Shown: positions 59,531 through 64,000 of the stretch, piece after piece | Position numbering within the stretch: position 1 is the stretch's first letter | Layout: every line of letters begins with the position of its first letter | From: an uncultured Actinomycetota bacterium | GTDB lineage: Bacteria > Actinomycetota > Acidimicrobiia > Spongiisociales > UBA5794 | Assembly (NCBI GenBank): GCA_963836085.1 | Contig: CAWIHT010000014.1 | Coordinates: 296,773-360,772 of the forward strand | DNA length: 64,000 nucleotides | Direction of reading: 5' to 3' | Made by a program: the position numbers and the translations under genes | Notes under the pieces: generated by a model | What the model was told of the DNA's origin: nothing | The model's input: the letters and a program-made list of their open reading frames with translations, nothing else | Databases searched by the model: none

Positions 59531-61282
59531 CTAGAGGATCTCTACGACACCATTCGTACCGTCGACCCGCAGGCGGTCGCCGGTCTTGATCTCGCGGGTG
59601 GCGACACCGGTGCCGGTGACACCCGGAATGCCGAACTCGCGAGCCATGACGGCGGGGTGCGCAACCATACCGCCGGCGTCACACACAATTCCGCCGATGA
59701 TGGCGAACACCGGCGTCCAGGCCGGGTTGGTCATCTGGCAGACCATGATGTCGCCCTGCTTCAACTGGTCGAACTCGGCCGGTGAGGAGACGACTTTCGC
59801 CACGCCCTCGATGACGCCTGGCGAAACGCCGATGCCTTCGATCCTGCCCTTGGTCTCGGTGTCGTGACCAAGCTTCTCGGGGAAGCCCCAGAGGTTCAGG
59901 TAGGGGAACTGCAACTGGTCTTCAGTCGCCGTGCCGATGAAGTCTGGCGGGCGGATCATCTCTTGTTCGGCGCGCAGCGCCCGGCGCTCGGCGACGATGC
60001 TCTTGGCCTCGTAGCCCTCCGGATCGCCCATCAGATAGCGCAGCTCGTTGTAGCGGAGGAACATGACGTCGTCCGCCTCGGTCAACGCGCCCATCTCAAC
60101 CAGCTTCCGACCGATGCACATCAACACCACACGAGTGTGCTGGTGCGTGCCCTGGTCGATGTAGAAGTGGTGGTCCGGAGTGAGCGGGGCCATCTTCAGG
60201 TTGATCTCGTTCGCTGCCTTCAGGGCCTCGAGGGCGTCGCCCTCTTCGATCCCCTCGAGGAGCTCCTCGGCCGCGGCCTGAATATCCGTCGCGAGATGCG
60301 CAACGATCGGGCGATGGTCGTAGTCGGAGTCGAGGTAACCCTTGATCACGTCGAGGACCGGTTCCGGCGTCTCGAACCGTGACGGGTAGATGAACTCGTG
60401 GCTCCAGACGGCGTGCCAGCCGAACTCGCGCTGGTAGACCTTCAGGCCGGACTCGATGAAGTCGCGCCCTTCCTCGGTCGCTTCGAGTGCTGCCAGGATG
60501 TCGGCGCCGGCCTCGTTGGCGAATGCCGCCATGAGAACGGGGTCGGCCTTGATCCGATCCTTCAGGTTGACGAGCAACTCGATCGCATCCCAGTTGCGGT
60601 CCGAGGACGAGTTCTGCAGACGGCCGAGGATCTCCTCGTGCTTCTGCGTGATCTCGCCGCCGAGCGCCTCTTCGAGCGTGGCGCGCAGCGCCAGTGTCGA
60701 CGAGAGCTGCGCGAAGTTGAGCATCCAGTGGATCTTCCAGTGGCGATCGAGCATGTCGATCGCGTCCTCGAGAACCACGGCCCACTCCATCAGCGAGATA
60801 TTCTCGTAGTCGTCGATCTTCTCTTCGAGATAGGCCAGATTCCGAGCCATCTCGGGGACGAGGCGATCTCGCCACCAGTCGGGGAAGTTGGCTCCGTAGA
60901 CGGGGAGCACGGCGCCGAGGTAGGCACCGATCTTCTCTGCGTAGTCGGGATCGGCATCCGTCGGCACACGCGGCGAGTACGTAAATCCGAGTTGGACGGT
61001 CGGGACGACCATGTCCGCGTCCGCTGGGATGGCGGCTGTGAACAGGTAGCCGTTGACGACCTTGCCGATCCAGTCGGTCGCGAACGGCGTACCGAAGCGA
61101 CGGAACATGTGATCACACGTGAGCACCCAGTTGCCGATGTCGTCATACATCGGAGAGACGGGGCGCGGGCAGTGCAGATCGTCGTAGACCCAGAACAGCT
61201 TCTTCTCTTGCTCCGATTCCCAATCAACCGGGAAACTCTCGTCTCCGAAGAACTCCGCTACAACCTTGCTGTTATCTGCCAT
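59531..61282 (-). CDS. PEP-utilizing-enzyme family protein: ~500-aa uncharacterised N-terminal domain plus C-terminal swivel phosphohistidine (mobile) domain; no ATP-grasp domain
   Basis: The C-terminal ~90 aa match the PEP-utilizers mobile domain (GDIMVCQMTNPAWTPVFAIIGGIVCDAGGMVAHPAVMAREFGIPGVTGTG), with the catalytic His present but the preceding Thr replaced (VAH instead of TSH). ATG at 61282 (MADNSKVV…). Confidence 0.65.
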   Translation of the reverse strand: MADNSKVVAEFFGDESFPVDWESEQEKKLFWVYDDLHCPRPVSPMYDDIGNWVLTCDHMFRRFGTPFATDWIGKVVNGYLFTAAIPADADMVVPTVQLGFTYSPRVPTDADPDYAEKIGAYLGAVLPVYGANFPDWWRDRLVPEMARNLAYLEEKIDDYENISLMEWAVVLEDAIDMLDRHWKIHWMLNFAQLSSTLALRATLEEALGGEITQKHEEILGRLQNSSSDRNWDAIELLVNLKDRIKADPVLMAAFANEAGADILAALEATEEGRDFIESGLKVYQREFGWHAVWSHEFIYPSRFETPEPVLDVIKGYLDSDYDHRPIVAHLATDIQAAAEELLEGIEEGDALEALKAANEINLKMAPLTPDHHFYIDQGTHQHTRVVLMCIGRKLVEMGALTEADDVMFLRYNELRYLMGDPEGYEAKSIVAERRALRAEQEMIRPPDFIGTATEDQLQFPYLNLWGFPEKLGHDTETKGRIEGIGVSPGVIEGVAKVVSSPAEFDQLKQGDIMVCQMTNPAWTPVFAIIGGIVCDAGGMVAHPAVMAREFGIPGVTGTGVATREIKTGDRLRVDGTNGVVEIL

Positions 61283-61643
61283 ACGGCAAATCTCCTTCCT
61301 CGACGGACCTCCGCCGGGACCGGCCCGCAACGGGCACAATCAGACTCCGACGCTCTTGTGCGTTCTTTGAGATAGCCGACTTCTGTGTTGGTGCTCCTCT
61401 CGCTACGTCGGTCGGACCGACCCGAGGCGAAGCCCTCGGAGGGCACGGCGCGCTCGAGCCTTCAATACGGGTGGTGCGGGCATATCGAGGAGGGCGACGG
61501 CAACCATGCTCACATCCCCAACACCGCTGGAAACCCAGGCGAAACAAAGAGAATCCGCCGGACGGTCGCTGGGACCGGGAGGGGCGTCACCGAGAGAGCC
61601 ATCACCATGGCACGGTTGTTCTCGACACCTGCACGCATCATCC

Positions 61644-61692
61644 TCGATAATCGATTACTTGCAGTTTACGGCCGAGAATCGCGATCCGTCAA
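61644..61692 (-). promoter_or_regulatory. Candidate sigma-70-like promoter (TTGACG-18-TAAACT) with instance 4 of the TCGATAATCGAT motif immediately downstream of the -10 (operator-like). It drives the PEP-utilizer/Mo-hydroxylase operon via a ~360-nt leader.
   Basis: Minus strand: aagTTGACGgatcgcgattctcggccgTAAACTgcaagTAATCGATTATCGAgg. The +strand motif tcgataatcgatta is at 61644..61657. Confidence 0.35.
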
Positions 61693-61704
61693 CTTGAGAT
61701 GAGG

Positions 61705-62115
61705 CGCCAGTCGCCAGTCGCCAGTCGCCGGTTCGGGGTCGGTCGCAGGCCTTCGCCTCTCCCACGGAGTGGGAGAGGCGCGAGCACCGGCCGCCAGGCC
61801 GGAGCGCAGCGGAGAGGGCTCTGGGAGCGCGAGCGCGCAGATGAGGCCTGGCGTGTGGCGAGACGCCCCCACTGCGATTGAGCAACCGTCTTCGCCTCTC
61901 CCACGCAGTGGGAGAGGCGCGAGCACCGGCCGCCAGGCCGGAGCGCAGCGGAGAGGGCTCCTCGCCTCGACACCACCTCAATCCTGAAGAACGCACCAGA
62001 GCTCATCCTCGCGATCCCATCCCCCAGGCCGCCCCCTCTGCGATCGAGCATCCGCCCGATCGCGTCTCCCCCACCTGGCGGTGGGAGAGACGAAGACCGC
62101 GACTGGCGACTGGTC
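61705..62115. repeat. ~410-bp composite repeat block bounded by inverted heptamer tandem repeats (ccagtcg x3 … cgactgg x2); candidate MITE-like insertion
   Basis: The left end is gcgccagtcgccagtcgccagtcgcc and the right end gcgactggcgactgg (its reverse complement). Inside are two B modules (61750..61820, 61890..61960), a linker-like segment and one A module (62030..62098) of the palindromic repeat family. Confidence 0.6.
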
Positions 62116-64000
62116 TCAGTCCGCCTCGAGCTCCCCCATCGCTTTCAGGATCTTCTCCGGGGTGATCGGGAGGTCACGGATGCGCACACCGATGGCGTCA
62201 TAGAGCGCGTTCGCGATGGCGGGTGGTGTTGCGGCGGCTGCCGGTTCGCCGACACCCTTGGCACCGTACGGGGCCTCGTCATGGACCGACTCGACGATGA
62301 TCGGAACGATCGGAGGGATGTCCATGATCGTCGCGACCTTGTAGTCCGCAAGGTTGCCGTTCTCGATGCGACCGTTGTCGTATGAGAATCCCTCGAGGAT
62401 TCCATTCGACAGGCCCATCACGACGCCGCCCTCGATCTGTTGCTCGACGGTCATCGGGTTGATGGCCTTCCCGACGTCTGCGGCTGCGGCCACCTTGAGA
62501 ACGCGAATCACGCCGGTATCGGTGTCAACCTCGATCTCGGCGGCCTGGGTGCACAGCATCCAGAAGATGCTGCTCATCCACTCCTCACCGGGATCGGCCT
62601 TGAGGAGCGGCGAGTTCGCGCTCGAGAACCGCGCCCCTGCCGTGATCGAGTAGTACTCGCCGTAGAACTTCGCGAGGAGGTCCTTGAGCGTGATCTGGAG
62701 TTCGCCGTCGAGGTCGCAGATGATGCCATCGCGCATCTCGAGCGTCTCCGGTTCGACTTCGAGCACCTCGCCGGCGAGGCTGAGGACCTGTTCGCGGATC
62801 TCGCCGCCTGCGTCGAGGATCGCATTGCCCATGTGATAGGTCGTGCGACTCGATGCCACGGGTCCGTTGTACGGAGTCAACAGCGTGTCGGTGGCAGGGA
62901 CCGAGACGTCCGAGAGGGGTACGCCGATCGCGTCCGCCGCGATCTGGGCGAGCACCGTGTCCTGGCCAGAGCCGATCTCAGGGGCTGCACAGATCACTGT
63001 GGCCCGACCGTCCTGCTCGAGGTTGATCACGACGTTCGAACTCGACGGAGTCATCGTGGGCTTGATCATCGTGGCGATGCCTTTACCGCGACGCAGGTTG
63101 GGCGCCGGCTCGCGCTCGACCGATCCCCAACCGATCTCGGCGGCTGACCGTTCAATGGTCTCGCGGAGGCCGACGGAGCGCATGATCTGGCCGTTGAGAT
63201 AGGCGTCGCCCTCTTCGTACCCGTTCATGAGGCGGATCTCGACGGGATCGATGCCCAATTCGACGGCGATCTCGTCCATCTGCGTTTCGCAGGCCCAGGT
63301 GACCTGGGTCGTGCCGTACCCGCGGTACGAACCGGTGATCGACTTGTTGGTGTAGACCTGGCGGGAGAGGATCTTGAGATCGGGGATCCGATAGGGCCCG
63401 ATGATGGTCTGCGACCCGCGGATCGCGACGCCGACCGTATACGCCGTGTACGCACCGCTGTCCCAGAGGACTTCGGCGCTCCGCGCAACCATCAGGCCGT
63501 CTCGGTTGACGCCGGTCTTGAGCTTCATGATGGCGGGCACGCGCAACTGGGACGCAACCAGGTCTTCCTCGCGGGTGAACTCGACCTTGACGGGACGGCC
63601 GCCCGAATGGCGCGCCAGGGCAACAGCGATCGCTTCGGCAACGGGAACACCCTTGGCTCCGAACGAACCGCCGACCTGGGCGACGATCAGGCGGACGCGG
63701 CTGCTGTCGACGCCGAGACCGGTCGCGAGTTCATTCCGCAGCAGGAACGGCCGATCCGTGGAGACCCAGAGGGTGTAGCCCCCGGAACCGGAGTCGTACT
63801 GGGCAATGGCAGCATGCACCTCGAGCGCGACGTGGCTGATCGCGTGGGCGGAGTACTCGCCCTCCACGACGACGTCGGCCGCAGCGAATCCGGCCTCGAC
63901 GTCGCCGCGCTCATACGTATAGAGCGTGTTGATGTTGGTGTGGGGGACGATCTCACTCGGCCCCCGCTTGTAGGTGTGGAGATCGGGATGGACGAGAGGG
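62116..64000 (-). CDS. Second xanthine-dehydrogenase-family molybdopterin-binding large subunit (paralog); N-terminus lies beyond the window end
   Basis: SYRGYGTTQ motif and Ald_Xan_dh_C/C2 domains. The ORF-track start at 63867 is internal; homology continues upstream to the window edge. Confidence 0.75.
   Translation of the reverse strand, partial: PLVHPDLHTYKRGPSEIVPHTNINTLYTYERGDVEAGFAAADVVVEGEYSAHAISHVALEVHAAIAQYDSGSGGYTLWVSTDRPFLLRNELATGLGVDSSRVRLIVAQVGGSFGAKGVPVAEAIAVALARHSGGRPVKVEFTREEDLVASQLRVPAIMKLKTGVNRDGLMVARSAEVLWDSGAYTAYTVGVAIRGSQTIIGPYRIPDLKILSRQVYTNKSITGSYRGYGTTQVTWACETQMDEIAVELGIDPVEIRLMNGYEEGDAYLNGQIMRSVGLRETIERSAAEIGWGSVEREPAPNLRRGKGIATMIKPTMTPSSSNVVINLEQDGRATVICAAPEIGSGQDTVLAQIAADAIGVPLSDVSVPATDTLLTPYNGPVASSRTTYHMGNAILDAGGEIREQVLSLAGEVLEVEPETLEMRDGIICDLDGELQITLKDLLAKFYGEYYSITAGARFSSANSPLLKADPGEEWMSSIFWMLCTQAAEIEVDTDTGVIRVLKVAAAADVGKAINPMTVEQQIEGGVVMGLSNGILEGFSYDNGRIENGNLADYKVATIMDIPPIVPIIVESVHDEAPYGAKGVGEPAAAATPPAIANALYDAIGVRIRDLPITPEKILKAMGELEAD

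Overview
High-GC (~68-70%) chromosomal segment, probably actinobacterial: LLM-class F420-type oxidoreductases, a DUF222-HNH 'REP13E12-like' protein and a DUF559 protein are present. Gene density is high and operons are tight with ATGA/GTGA overlaps. No rRNA, tRNA or CRISPR array was recognised. Recognisable content: a Zur-controlled zinc uptake locus (znuA-znuB on one strand, zur-znuC divergent, with a candidate Zur box); xylose isomerase and xylulokinase plus a mutarotase-like gene; a TetR/ABC-ATPase/fused ABC-2 permease exporter; PPK2 and a GH94 cellobiose-phosphorylase, both broken by several single-base frameshifts; a complete NAD-linked bidirectional [NiFe] hydrogenase cluster hoxEFUYH plus the HoxW protease; a P-type Ca/Mg-type ATPase; a split transketolase with SDR and MBL-fold genes; E1 alpha/beta of a 2-oxoacid dehydrogenase; two convergent paralogous MFS transporters. 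The most unusual feature is a long minus-strand operon (52.1-61.3 kb): GntR, a PEP-utilizing swivel phosphohistidine-domain protein, an HPr-kinase-C-like P-loop protein, a three-subunit xanthine-dehydrogenase-family molybdenum hydroxylase (FAD, 2Fe-2S, Mo subunits), a cyclase-family amidohydrolase and a Zn alcohol dehydrogenase. The window also holds a previously unrecognised family of GC-rich composite palindromic (REP/MITE-like) elements at seven or more intergenic loci. These include a 3.8-copy perfect tandem array of a 186-bp unit and a ~410-bp block bounded by inverted heptamer repeats. A 14-nt direct-repeat motif, TCGATAATCGATGA, recurs at four promoter regions. At least about 15 single-base indels disrupt otherwise clearly homologous genes, several at homopolymers. 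This suggests sequencing or assembly errors, although they cluster unevenly in PPK2 and GH94.
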